Below, piece after piece: positions 1 through 12,559 of a stretch of DNA of 63,941 nt. The stretch lies in NCBI GenBank assembly GCA_051294375.1, contig CM119264.1, positions 10,293,227 through 10,357,167 of the forward strand, written 5' to 3'. The notes beneath the pieces are model-generated. The model saw only the letters and a list, made by a program, of their open reading frames with translations, searched no databases and had not been told where the DNA came from. A program made the position numbers and the translations under genes. Origin of the DNA: Paraspadella gotoi (Eukaryota > Animalia > Chaetognatha). Numbering within the stretch: position 1 is the stretch's first letter; every line of letters starts with the position of its first letter.

Positions 1-596
1 AAAAAATGGGGGGAAAAATCAAATCGATTCCCTCTTTCCTAAGAATAGAATACAAAAGGAAAGAAACTCTTGATTAAAAAGGAGAAAGATAAAAAAAGGG
101 AGGAAAAAAGAGAGGAAAAGAAAAGAAAAGACAAGAAAGGAAAAGAAATGAAAAAGGCATCAACGTCTCTCCTTCGAGAGAGAGAGAGAGAGAAACTCTT
201 CTTCTTCCCCTTCCCCTCACTTTCTCGCTATCTCTCTCTTTTTTTTCCCCGCCAAGTGTCGTTGAAGATTCGGAGAGAAAAAAAAACATGCAAAAACTCA
301 AAATTATCGTCAGATGCTTTTTTGTTTTGTTTTGAAAGATCGAGTTCTGCGAGAGAGAGATACGAGGTTGACATCGAAATCGGCAGATCGGTCAGAACGC
401 AAAACGATGACGACGACGACAATTTGGAGAACAACATGGAAGTCCTTACACTTTTACTTGAAGTCAAACTAATTTAATGTTAATGCTTCAAGATCTTATT
501 GATCTAAAAAAAAAAAGATCTGCGAAGCCAGAGGGGCTTCGCCTTTCAAGATTTAAATTAGATAAAGGACGAGGAAGAGAAAATCGATGACGACGT

Positions 597-632
<36 letters not shown>

Positions 633-1974
633 TATAAACTCTGAGAGATACGCGGCCGAAAATGACGATTACACTGACGATTACTAGAAAGATGACGGAG
701 ACGACTACGACAACGACAATATTGACGACGACAAGCACCACGCCGACGACGACGACGACGACGACGACGACGTGGGCCTCAGCTGCGCCGTTTGGGGAAT
801 TTTTAAAAAGAACAAGGACGGGGATCAAGAACATCGATCAACTGGAAACTGCGAAGGCGACGGTGGACCTTTTACGCAAAAAAAAGAAGAAAGAAACCCT
901 GGAAATCTCTGCCGTCGAACGACGCTTATGGGGTGAGGATAAAGGGGTAAGGGAGTTGCTAATGACGCGAGGGGGCGACAAGACCGGGGTTTGGGTGGGT
1001 GAGTGGATTTATTTATATTTTGGGGCGATGGGGAGTTCACAGGGAAAAAAAGGATGATTCGGTGAATCGGTGATTCGCCAAATCCAGTCAAAGTATTCTT
1101 CTTGGTCCCCGGCCAAGATTCGACGTCTCATACTACACCCACATTTCGACTACAACCGTTTTCACAAAAATATTTCTCGAGAGAAGTAACGAAGTTAAAA
1201 ACAGAAAGCATTAATTATTAATTAATTAATTTGTTGTCGGTTTAGTTAAGCTGAAAAATGAGGAAAATGAAGAAAAGAGGAAAAGGGGGAAACAAATTTG
1301 CGACTTGTACATAAAATAAAATAAATTTTTGAACAAAATCAGTTTGAGGCGACGTACGTCTCGCTCTCTCGCTCTCCGCTCCCCCTGGACTCTTTTTTTG
1401 GCAGGAGCGCGTAGAGAAATCGTCGCCCGACTGGAGCGAAGGACGAGACGACTTTAACGACCTCATTAAGATCCAGGAGTCGGAATAGAGAAAGAGGGAN
1501 NNNNNNNNNNNNNNNNNNNNNNNNNNNNNNNNNNNNNNNNNNNNNNNNNNNNNNNNNNNNNNNNNNNNNNNNNNNNNNNNNNNNNNNNNNNNNNNNNNNN
1601 NNNNNNNNNNNNNNNNNNNNNNNNNNNNNNNNNNNNNNNNNNNNNNNNNNNNNNNNNNNNNNNNNNNNNNNNNNNNNNNNNNNNNNNNNNNNNNNNNNNN
1701 NNNNNNNNNNNNNNNNNNNNNNNNNNNNNNNNNNNNNNNNNNNNNNNNNNNNNNNNNNNNNNNNNNNNNNNNNNNNNNNNNNNNNNNNNNNNNNNNNNNN
1801 NNGAAAGAAAGAAAGAAAGAAAGAAAGAAAGAATTTTAAAAATGAAGGACTAACGGCTAAAGTGGGAGAGCAAATGTAATTTCGAAAATCGAGCTTTTCA
1901 TGTTTTCTCACAGATTCGGTTTGCTGAATGTTTCTTTGTTGAGAGTAAAGAGACGAAATAAAGAACGGGATTGA
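1..1974 (+). repeat. Indel-noisy third copy of ~10418-12448 (also ~23829-25859)
   Basis: Collinear match throughout (e.g. aaatcaaatcgattccctctttcctaagaatagaatac; gcgaagccagaggggcttcgcc; catgttttctcacagattcgg). Differences are mostly 1-2 nt indels. Ends at the 25-N gap 1975-1999. Confidence 0.9.
562..931 (+). CDS. Candidate low-complexity exon (Thr-rich mucin-like or Asp-rich frame) of an unidentified spliced gene; noisy copies at ~10966-11340 and ~24377-24751
   Basis: Acceptor aaattag at 555-561 and GTGAGG donor at 932. Frame 662-1057 reads TTTSTTPTTTTTTTTTWASAAPFGEFLKRTRTGIKNIDQLETAK. The alternative frame reads IKDEEEKIDDDVDDD... with one TAG. Other acceptor-like sites at ~338, ~1087, ~1403 and ~1913. 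Confidence 0.4.
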
Positions 1975-2320
1975 NNNNNNNNNNNNNNNNNNNNNNNNNC
2001 GAAAAAAGAAACTGTCAAGATTGGCGAACAAATAGAAAAACCTAAAAAAAACTGAGAGAAAGGAAAAGAAGAAGAAAGAAAAACGAAAGAAAGAAAGAAA
2101 GAGAAAGAAAGAAGAAGAAAGAAAAGAACCCGAAAGAAAGGGGAAAAAAGAAAAAAGAAGGAAAAAAAAGAAAGGAAAGAAGAAAACAAGAAAATTAAAA
2201 AAGAAAGGAAAGAAAAGGAAAGGAAAGATTTAAAAAAAAAGAAAAAAAAGGGAAAAAAGGAACCTAATTACTACGACATTCAAAGGGAGGGAGAGGAATT
2301 TTTTTTTCTTATGCAAAAGC

Positions 2321-2520
2321 AGGTGAATTTACCGCAGCGAAAGGAAAAAATTTCCCGTGTTACCCAGTGACAAAAGCGGTAGGGGGAATTAGAATCGCAT
2401 ATGAACTGCGACGCGACCGCACCGCAGTCGCAATGAACGTTGGCACCGCGCCGAAACCGGCCGATGCGCGCGCGGCCCGCCACGCCCAAGCGCCAACCAA
2501 AGCGGCAGGGAAAATCGACA
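2321..2520 (+). CDS. Candidate GC-rich exon, product unknown (duplicated at 15732-15931)
   Basis: Poly-T then gcaaaagcag acceptor, stop-free frame GEFTAAKGKNFPCYPVTKAVGGIRIAYELRRDRTAVAMNVG..., GTTTTG donor. A GC island between A-rich tracts. Confidence 0.3.
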
Positions 2521-4829
2521 GTTTTGGAAAGAAACGAGAGGAAAAAAAGAAAAAAAGGAAAAAAAAGAAGGAAGACAGGAAAAAGAAAGAATTGGGATAA
2601 ATTTGAAAACATGAGGGAGGGAGGCAACGATGCGGAATTGACAACGTGGAGGAAAGAAAGGAAGGAAAGGGACAGCGAAAGTAAAGTCTGAATGTAAATA
2701 AGCAGGACGACGTAAGTCTTCCACCGATTTTATGGACTTTTGCTTCTTTGGCGAATGAAATCATGTGAGTTTTTTTTACCAACTTTATTTCCTCTTCTTC
2801 AGGGATTTTTTGTGTTTGAATAGAAAAGCGAATGTAAAATGCTACCAATTAAAATAGAATTATTTAAAGCAATTCACAGAAACAGACACTATTGAAGTTT
2901 GAAATTCTACAAATTATATAAAACCCTAAGCATGGATGATCAATTAATTTGTCCTTCCAAAAATCTCCGTTATCACAACGATGGTTGATGCTTATCTTAT
3001 ATTGGTGAGTTTGGATTTAACTACAAATGTCGGGGAAATTAATTTTTATAAAATTCTCCCGTAATATTAGTTTATTAAAGTTTTTTTCAAAAAAATGTGA
3101 TTCACCATGAACTCCCATATCATTTAAAAAAAAAAGGTGGTCCAAAGACCAGGGAGCGAATTCATTTGTATTTAATTCAAGAATCTATGTGATTCGGAAA
3201 TACGAGACCAAAGTGAAACCTTTAACGAAACAAAGCTTCGTTCAAGGTTTAAAACTTGAAAATTAAAGTCAGTTTAAAAAATATAATTTGTTCGACTAAA
3301 GAAGAAACAACAAAACAAAAGAATAAAATAGAAAATAAAAAAAGAAAACTAAACAAAAAATTAAAATAAGAACTAGTTGTTGCGCCCTTGATCACATATG
3401 ACATGACATGACTAACAAACTTTCTTTGCCCTGGTTTGTATTTATATATGCGTTTATTTCGATTGCAACATGGTTGGATTCAGTACGTCATAACATCAGC
3501 AAGACTAGGTCTTAAATAGTAGAGATTTGTTTGACATGCCCTGCATCAAAAACCGCTTTAACTTATAGATTAGGAATTCCTCAAGCCGACGCTAGTTTTT
3601 TTTCTTCTTAACAATGAGCAACAACTTATAGCCAGAATTATATCATTTTAACGTAAATGGGAATATCCGACGGACAGACATAACCGACCGACGACGACAA
3701 CAAACACAGAACCGACGCCGACCTGACCGACTCCGAAAAGTGACTTAATAGAGTTGCTCGCGAGTACTCGCGGCGCAACGCAAAACTGAAAACTGTTCTA
3801 CAATATAAAGAAAAAAAAATGCAACCGATGGGTGAAAAAAAAAAAAAAAGAAGGGCGATAAGCACCCTCAGCGAGGAGGGAAAACGACTAGGGAAAAAGA
3901 AAAAAAAAATCAGGGTTCGAAACGAAAACGAGAGAGGAAAGGAAAAGATCCGAGCGGTGAATAAGAAGGAGGATCTTTCCTTCCAGAAAGTACACCGCTC
4001 ATTGGATGACGAAAAAAAAAAATATTCGTTATAAGTTTAAAGGCTAAGAAAAGACAATGTAGAATAGTGCCAATGTTTTGATAGGAAAACTCGACTGCCC
4101 TCTCCCGTCGAAAAGAAATAAGGAGACAGAGAGGAAAGAGAGAGAGAGGGAGAGATGGGAGAGATAGACGAGAAGGGCGAGAGGAGAGACGAGAAGAGAG
4201 AGAGTGAGAGACGAGATGACGAGAGACGAAGAGAGAGACGAGAAGGAGGAGAGAATCAGCGAAGAGGAAATCACTGATTGCTGTGAAAGATGAGAATAAT
4301 AGTGAGAAAAGATTTGAACCCAGACCGAGACGAGATATAGACTCAGTTAATCAGATAAGTTGGAACTGGTTGATAGGGATCGAAGAGAAAAGACGCAGAA
4401 GAAAATGAATAAAAAGAAAAAGAAAGAAAGAAAGAAGAAAGAAAGGAAAAAGAAAGAAAGAAAGAAAAGAAAGAAAGAAAGAAAGAAAGAAAAAAAGAGA
4501 AAGAAAGAAAGAAAAGAAAGAAGAAAAGGAAAGAAAGAAAAATAGAAGAAAGAAGAAAAAAGAAAAGAAAGAAGAAAGGATAAAAGAAAAGAAAGAAAGA
4601 AGAAAAAATTAAAAAAATAAAAAAAAATAAAGAGACGAAATCGCGATGGCTAAAGACAAGAGCGTCGAAACGATATGAGGCAAACGACTCAGGAGGCGCT
4701 GACAAGGCAGTTGTGTGTCGAGCATCTTTGCCCAATTCTTCGCGGATCTCGCAGAAGATAGAGATTTTTAAAAAAAGATTAAGATAAAAAAATAGATAAT
4801 AAAGAAAAAAAAAGAAGAAAGAAAGAAAA

Positions 4830-4864
<35 letters not shown>

Positions 4865-5107
4865 CAGTATATAAGTGATTAGACCAAGACGCGGGTCCTA
4901 TTACCCCTCCTTCTCATTCAACCTCCTCTTCATCCTCCCCAGATTCGGGGCGCGTTCACGAGAGTCAGTTCCACCTTCCTCTTCTTCTCCTACTGTTTCT
5001 CTCCTTTTTTTTTACCTCATTTTTGTCTCAGGATAGATTTTCCTTCCGTCAATATATTAGTTTCCCACATTCTCGTACTTACTTCGGTTAGGCATACCTT
5101 TTCAGAG
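4865..5107 (+). repeat. ~240-bp direct repeat, copy A
   Basis: Collinear with 9260-9505 (cagtatataagtgattagacc...gatagattttccttccgtcaatatattagtttcc...ttttcagag), differing mainly by indels. Confidence 0.9.
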
Positions 5108-5399
5108 TGACGCCAATCTGTGTTGCTCGAACATCTAAACCACAAAAAAACCCCCAGGATGGCTCCACGACTGATTTTTAGAAACGTGAAGAGAAACAAA
5201 ATATAAAAAGACCGAAAATGAAGAAAAAAAGAAAAAAATCTGAAAACTTTTTTCAATTTTTTTTAAAAAATTAAAAGTAAGAAAACAAACAACAAAAAAA
5301 AGGCTTTAAATTTGGATTAAATTTTAATCTTTTCCTCCATCCTCGTTTCCCCAACCCCGACTTTTTTTTGCACATTGCTTTGACAAAAAAAAACAAAAA

Positions 5400-5930
5400 C
5401 ATTTAATCGCCATTTCTTCTTCCGATTTTTTGTCCTCGTCGCTTCCTCCATCCGATTAGAGACTACGTCCTTTGCCGGCAGCTGTATCACTTTTTGCGAA
5501 AAATCTCCAATTTTTCTCTTGACTTTCCCTCCCACCTCTCACTTCGATTCGATTGAATTTTACCGCGAATCGCATCGATTTGAACGAGATTCAATCCTGG
5601 CGTCGTTTTTTTTTTCTTCCTCGAATCAGACGCCCGTCGTCATCCCTCCCACCACCCAATCATCTCTCCACCCATCACGCCTCCCCCGTCACGCTTCCCG
5701 TTCGCCGCCAACTTTGGGAATCAACCCTTCGATTTTCTCCGCCCACTTCCTCCGTCTCTAAACGACTAGATCTCCGATCTTCGATCTTGGCGTCGGGAAT
5801 CGGGAGTGACGGAATAAGTTCGAAATCGTCTTCGATCATCCTAAATCGCACTCTCCAATTTTTCGCTTCTCTTAATAAAGACGATTCGTTTGGACCGATT
5901 TCGATCATCGAACCCAAATAAAGATGACGT
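5400..5930 (-). CDS. Candidate coding stretch with frameshifts, product unknown
   Basis: Non-microsatellite, protein-like ORF 5675..5917 (IEDDFELIPSLPIPDAKIEDRRSSRLETEEVGGENRRVDSQ). Boundaries are approximate. Confidence 0.25.
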
Positions 5931-6828
5931 ACATTTCGATTAACTCGCTTTTTCGCGAATCGTCCTCCTCCCCTGCGATCGCTTGCGAAACAGTTGACCG
6001 CCGCTACCGCACGATCACATATCGAAACTCGAATCTCTCCCCCCCTCCGCGAAATGGAACTGATTTTTTTTTTTTCCGCCGAAAACTAAAGAAATAAAAA
6101 AAAGCGAAACAAAAAGATTTCCTGTTCTTCCCTTCCTCTGACGTCATTTCTTTCTTTCTTTGTTTCGACGATAAGAAATATTAAAACCCAAACCCTGGCG
6201 CCGAAAAATGACAAATAGACCATTAGTTACTGAATAAATGCCCCAACTTCAAAAAAAATCACCGTCGACAGTCTATGTCCCGCTTTCTACATCCAAGAAA
6301 TCCTTTTCTCGCCTGGTTCCCCCCCCCCCTCGTTCACCCAAAAAAAATCTAAAAACGAAAATATGCGAAATTCGAAGAAAAAGAAAAGAAAACAGGACAT
6401 TCTCCCTCACAAAAGATGAAATTTTTTCGCTCGAATTCGATCGCAGTTTTATCTTTTCTTCTTTCTTTGGTCCATCTTTTTTCGAAATGACAAATCACCA
6501 ACGTCAATCACCTTTGCTCTCCCCCTCACCAGAGTTAATCACCAACTCTCGTGCCAAGAAACTCGAAAATTTTTTTAGTTTTTCGCTCGATCGATCACCT
6601 TGCGGTTTCGCGTCTCCCCCTGTTAAATCATCGCGTTCTCGCGCGTCGAAAAAAAAAAATCGAAATATAGAGTTGTTGAACTAAATAAAAAAGATTTTTC
6701 CGCGAATTCGAGGCTCGAATCTCCGTCTCAACCGTCTCTCCATTCGACGGATCGAAAACAAAAAGGTCGATTAAAAGATAAGAGCAGCGCAGTCTTCAGT
6801 AAGTTTGAAAAAATATTTCGGATCGTCT

Positions 6829-7017
6829 GTCATCATCTGGTGCCCAATTATCATCCCTTTTGTCGGTTTCTTCACAAATCCTGTCAACTGTCATCATTTC
6901 AGACCAAAAACTGTCAGTGGTCACCTGCTAAGGCTGTCAGTCACTGACAAGATTATGTCAGAGATTATGTCAGAAATTATGTCAGAGATTTTTTCTGTCA
7001 GAGATTGCGCTTTGTCA
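6829..7017 (+). repeat. TGTCA-motif cluster with a 12-bp tandem repeat (AGATTATGTCAG x3-4)
   Basis: About 10 TGTCA motifs in 190 bp, the palindrome TGTCAGT-C-ACTGACA at 6935-6949, and tandem agattatgtcag from 6950. Confidence 0.8.
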
Positions 7018-9259
7018 TTTAGCTACTGTGTGAATCGAGTCAGTCTTTAATGCTGAAAACATTGTTCATCATCTAGAGGGTCATTGCCAAAAAAAAATTT
7101 TGGGAGAAAACGAATCCATTTCCAGTTTCCAAAAAATTGAATTGAAATGTCTCCAGGGCCCCCTCAACCCCCCAACCCCTTCACCCCCCAACAAAAGCCA
7201 ATCAAATATTCTCCCTAGTGTAATTAATAACAACAACTTTGCCTATTTTTAATGTAATTTGCATCCAATGCCGCCAACAAAGCCTTGAATCAAAAAACGT
7301 ATTCTTTAGTATTTTTAGTTCTCTAACCATATGGTATATAAAATTCGTTCCAACATCCCCAACCCCCTCTCAACCATCCAACCCCCAAAACCCATCAACC
7401 CGTCAACGAGCCTTGAGTCAAAATCTGCATTTTATCTAGTCTCAGTTCTAAACTCACTTGGGTGTTAAACTCACTTACTCATCTTGTATTCAAATGAAGC
7501 AGTTTCTCACCAATCAGTTCTGCTATTTTTGCAAGGAGGATAATGTTTTAGCGGCTTTATCCCACAAAAATATTTCAAATGTATGATCTCTTAGATTAAT
7601 ATAAAATGAATGGCTACAGTACTTTTAAGGTGGCCCAACTGGAGCTAGAAAGGAAAAGTGAATTGGCAAGATTTGTGACAGTCACGATTTGATTGTCTGC
7701 TTCTGACACAATGTTAATCGCTCATAATAAGCATTTGCCACCGCAGGGTGCGCCTACAATCAATTCGAAATCGTATTTCAAATTCAAATGGAAAACAAAA
7801 AATGAATGTGCATAATTCGCCCTCCCCCCTTTGTGTATCCTCAACACTGCAGATGCCTAAAAAGAGTGGTGACTGAAGTTTATTCAGTCCTTATTTACCT
7901 GTGATTGTTAATCAGAGTTTCTATGAGCATTTTGTCGTAGTTCTGACCAAAAAAATTAAGCCACCTTGACAATAATTTAACTCGTAGTGATGCGGTTAAT
8001 CCTGCCTATCATCTGTTTTTTATTCATTAGTTGCTGACAAAGTCAAAAAAAAAAAAAGAGAAAAACGCATTTATCTTCGTGCCATTCATAAAATTCCAGT
8101 TTCACTAACTTTTTTTCAAATGATCATACATAATTTAATAAAGTCAAAGTTTGACAAATCCAGTATAATAGCAACTGTAAAGTGTTTGCTGTTAATTTGT
8201 GTAAAAAGTGAAATATACTCAAAAAGAAAATAAAAATAGAAATTGTTAAAAAAGAAAGAAAAAGCAGATTAATAAAGTCCTACTCACACTCCCACCGATC
8301 CCTTAATCCCCCAATCCCCATCTAAATCCCGAACACCAAAACTTTATCAATTATCAGAGCAGTTGTGAAACAACATGTTGTGATTATTGCTGTGTAATAA
8401 TGTAAAAATATACTCAAAGAGAAAGTAAAGGCAAAGATGTCAATGAGCTCTGGAGCTTCTTTAGCTTCTTCTACGTATGCAAGAAGACAAGCTGAATGAT
8501 TGGCAGTTGATTGACCAGTTGACTATTTGGCAAACCTAACCGAGTTCTAATCTTAAAAGCACTGTAGTGACAAAGCAATAAACCTACTGTTTCAAAATGC
8601 CTTCTTCCTCCAGCGAGAACGCATCATTTTAAGGAAGAGTCAATATATAATAGAACAAGAAAATAGAATATTAAGTCTCGCCAAAAAAATAGAAAAACAC
8701 GAAAAAAACTCCACTCCTCTCCCAACTAATCATTTCTTCCCTCCTTGATGCTGGGAAAATCGCCATTGTTAATAATTCATGCCTCCCTCAATGGTAGAAG
8801 TGCTATTAGTAATCAAACATTGAAGTTTGAACCTTTAGACACTGTCAAATGTAAATTACAAATAATCATCAATATCATCTAACAAATGAAACTGAAACTA
8901 ATCACCAATGTTAATCACCATGATATATCACCCACTCCCGCCCCAATCATTCTTGTTTTCTATGTTCTCCCCCTCAACTATATCGCCAAATTATCACCAC
9001 AATCAAATAGCAAACTTAATCACCTTGTTCAAAAATATCATCATCAACCCCCACCTGTTTCTATTAGACTGATGACCCCCCTCCAATTGATTTGTTTTAT
9101 ATGATGACCTGTACCCCACACCCAAAACCCATTCTCTTCTTTACCCCCTCCTCACATTCACAAATTTTCAGCACAGTTAGGCACTCTTCACTCCGCACCA
9201 GCACGATGACGTCTCACGCCATTCGAGGCCTTGATTACGCCATCTTGACCAGAGAGGCC

Positions 9260-9505
9260 CAGTATATTAAGGTGATAGACAGAACCCGGGGTCTGATTAC
9301 CCCCTCCTTTCTCATTCACCTACTCTTCATCCTCTCCCAGGGATTCGGGCCGCGTTCACGAGATTCATTCACCTTCCTCTCTTCTCCTACTCGTTTCTCT
9401 CCTTTTTTTTACCTGCATTTTTGTCTCAGTATAGATTTTCCTTCCGTCAATATATTAGTTTCCACATTCTCGTCACTTACGTTCGGTTAGGATACTTTTT
9501 CAGAG
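9260..9505 (+). repeat. ~240-bp direct repeat, copy B; overlaps candidate short exons separated by ~40-70-nt introns
   Basis: Matches 4865-5107. Contains aag|gtgata, ctctcccag|, ttgtctcag| and cg|gttagg splice-like sites. Confidence 0.88.
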
Positions 9506-10203
9506 GAAAGAAGAAAGAAAAGAAAGAAAGAAAAAGAAAAGAAAAGAAAAAAAAAAATGCTTGAAATAACAAGTCAACATCGAAAACCAAATTAACTTTT
9601 GATTAAAAGCGCGAACTGGAGAGACTTAAGACTAGAAGACTAAAAGGAAAAGAGGAAAAAAAAGGGGGGAGGAAAGAGAGAGAGAGGGGAGAGAGAGAGA
9701 GAAGAGGGAGAGGGAGACAGAGAGAGATGAGGAGAGAGAAGAGTGGATGGAGGAAGAGAGAAAAAACTCTCAAAATGGCGAAACTTTTTCCGTTCCACAG
9801 AAAAGTGTTTCCATTCGGTCCAAGATTAAAAGGAGCCGACTTGATGGAACGACAAGCCCGATGAAGGCGATTGGGACGAGATTTGAGAAAGATTTCTCGG
9901 AATGTTGGAGAGCGGACAAACGACGAGGCATGTCGATGCTATTGTCATTCTTCGGACTGATTCACGACGGTCACGAAAATAAAATCGAATCCGAATCACA
10001 TTTAAGTTGCGGCAAGTGGACTGATTTTATGAGGAGCGAAGCGGCGACTACAACCAACAACACAGCCACGTCCACACGACAACCGCAATTAACAATGGAA
10101 TCGGACGCATCTGGACGCGCGCTTCCTCACGTCTCGCGATCGCCGTCCAAATTCCATTCTAGGGGGGGAACAAAGTTGAACAGAAACTCATTTCATGGGA
10201 AGA

Positions 10204-10242
<39 letters not shown>

Positions 10243-10330
10243 AGAGAAGAAGAGAAGAGAAGAGAGGAGAGAGTGAGAAGAGGAGAGAGAGAGAGAAAAT
10301 TCAATGACGTTGAAAAGAAAGACGAGTGTT

Positions 10331-10364
<34 letters not shown>

Positions 10365-12044
10365 GAAAGAGAGAGAGAGAAGAGAACCGAGAGGAGAGAG
10401 AGAGAGGAGAGAAAAAAAAAAAATGGGGGGAAAATCAAATCGATCCCTCTTCCTAAGAATAGAATACAAAAAGGAAAGAACTCTGATTTAAAAGGAGAAA
10501 GATTAAAAAAAGGGAAAAAAGAGAGGAAAGAAAAAGACAAAAAGGAAAAGAAATGAAAAAGCATCAATTCGTCTCTCCTTCGAGAGAAGAGAGAAGAGAG
10601 AGAAACTCTTCTTCTTCCCCTTCCCCTCAACTTTCTCGCTATCTCTCTCTTTTTTTCCCGCCCAAGTGTCGTTGAAGAATTCGACGGAGAAAAAAACATG
10701 CCAAAAAACTCAAAATTATCGCAGATGCTTTGTTTTGTTTTGAAAGATCGAGTTCTGCGGAGAGAGAATACGAGCGTTGACATCGAAATCGGCAGATCGA
10801 TCATACGCAAAACGATGACGACGACGACAATTTGGAGGAACAACATGAAGTCTTACACTTTTACTTGAGTCAAAACTAATTTAATGTAATGCTTCAAATC
10901 TTATTATCTAAAAAAAAAAAAAATCTGCGAAGCCAGAGGGGCTTCGCCTTTCAAATTTAAATTAGATTAAAGGACGAGGAAGAGAAAAGTCGATGACGAC
11001 GTTGACGACGACGAGGACGACGACGACGACACGACGACGATAAAACTTAGAGAGATACGCGGCCGAAAATGACGATTACACTGCGATACTAGAAGATGAC
11101 GGGAGACGACTACGACAATGACAATATTGACGACGACGACGACGACAAGCACCACGCGACGCGACACGACACGACGTGGGCCTCTGAACTGCGCCGTTTG
11201 GGGAATTTTTAAAAGAACAAGGACGGGTGCGATCAAAACATCGATCAAACTGGAAGAACTGCAAGGCGACGGTGGACCTTTACGCAAATAAAAAGAAAGA
11301 AAACCCTGGAAATCTCTGCCGTCTAACGGCGTCTTATGGGGTGAGGTTAAAGGTAAATAAGGAGTTGCTTTATGACCGAGAGGCACAAGACCGGGGTTTG
11401 GCGTGGGTGAGTGGATTTATTTATTTGGGGCGATGGGGATTCAGGGAAAAAAAAGGAGATCGGTTGAATCGGTTGATTCGGCCAAATACCACGTCAAGTA
11501 TTCTTTTGTCCTCCGGCCAAGATTCGACGTCTATACTACTCCCCAAGCATTTCGACTACAAACCGTTTTTACAAAAATATTTCGAGAGAAGTAACGAAGT
11601 TAAAAAACAGGAAAGCATTAATTATTAATTAATTAATTTGTTTGTCGCGGTTAGTAACTGAAAATGATGAAAAATGAGAAAAAGAGGAAAAGGGGGAAAC
11701 AAAATTCGACATAAATAAAAAATTTTTTTTGAACAATCAGTTTGAGGCGACGTACGTCTCGCTCTCCGCTCTTCTCGCTCTCTCAGTATCCCCTTCGACC
11801 GTCCGCTCACCCCGGGCCTCTTTTTTTGCAGGAGCGCGTTTAGAAAATCGTCCCCTACTGGAGCGAAGGACAGACACCTTTTAAAAAAAAACGAAAACCC
11901 TCATTAAGATCCAGAGTCCCGGATAGAGAAAAGGAGACGGAGAGGGGTCCGGTCATTCGCTTGACGTCAAGGAGGGAGAAGAGAAGAGAGAGAGAGAGAG
12001 AGAGAGAATGAAGAGAAGAGTAGAGAGAGTGAGAGAGAGAGAAC

Positions 12045-12083
<39 letters not shown>

Positions 12084-12559
12084 GGGAGTGAGAAGGGAAG
12101 AAAGGAATAGTATAGAAAAAAAGAAAGAAAAAAAGAAAGAAGAAAAAAAAATGAAAAGAAAAAAAAGAAAGAAAGAAAGAAAGAAAGAAAGGAAAGAAAA
12201 GAAAAGAGGAAGAAAGAAGAAGGAAAGAAAAAGGAAAGAAAAAAAGAAAAAAAAGATGAAAGAAAAAAGAGAGAAAAAGAAGAAAGAAAAAAAGAAAGAA
12301 AGAAAGAATTTTAAAAAATGAAGACTAAGCGGCTAAATGGCGAGAGGCAAATGTAATTTCGAAATATCGATCTTTTCATGTTTTCTCACAGATTCGGTTG
12401 CCTGTAATGTTTCTTTGTTCGAGAGTAAGAGACGAAAAAAGAAGGATGAGCAGGAGAGGAAGGAGGGGGAGACAGAGAGAGAGAAAATGAGAGATTCATG
12501 GAGGAGAGAGAGAGAGAGCGAAGAGAAAGAAAGAGAGAGACGAGAGAGAGAGAGGAGGC

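Noticed and set aside
2345-2412. C2H2 zinc finger (FPC..C.K...ELESHMN)
   Set aside because: Needs multiple frameshifts, the C-to-H spacing is too short, and there is no second His.
6950-7005. CRISPR-like or iteron-like reading of the 12-bp repeats
   Set aside because: They are adjacent tandem units with no spacers, there are no cas or rep genes, and the context is eukaryotic.
4865-9505. LTR retrotransposon
   Set aside because: No TG...CA termini, primer-binding site, or gag/pol ORF is visible.
9870-9930. eIF2-alpha-kinase-like TRFEKDF start
   Set aside because: No GxGxxG or other kinase motif follows.
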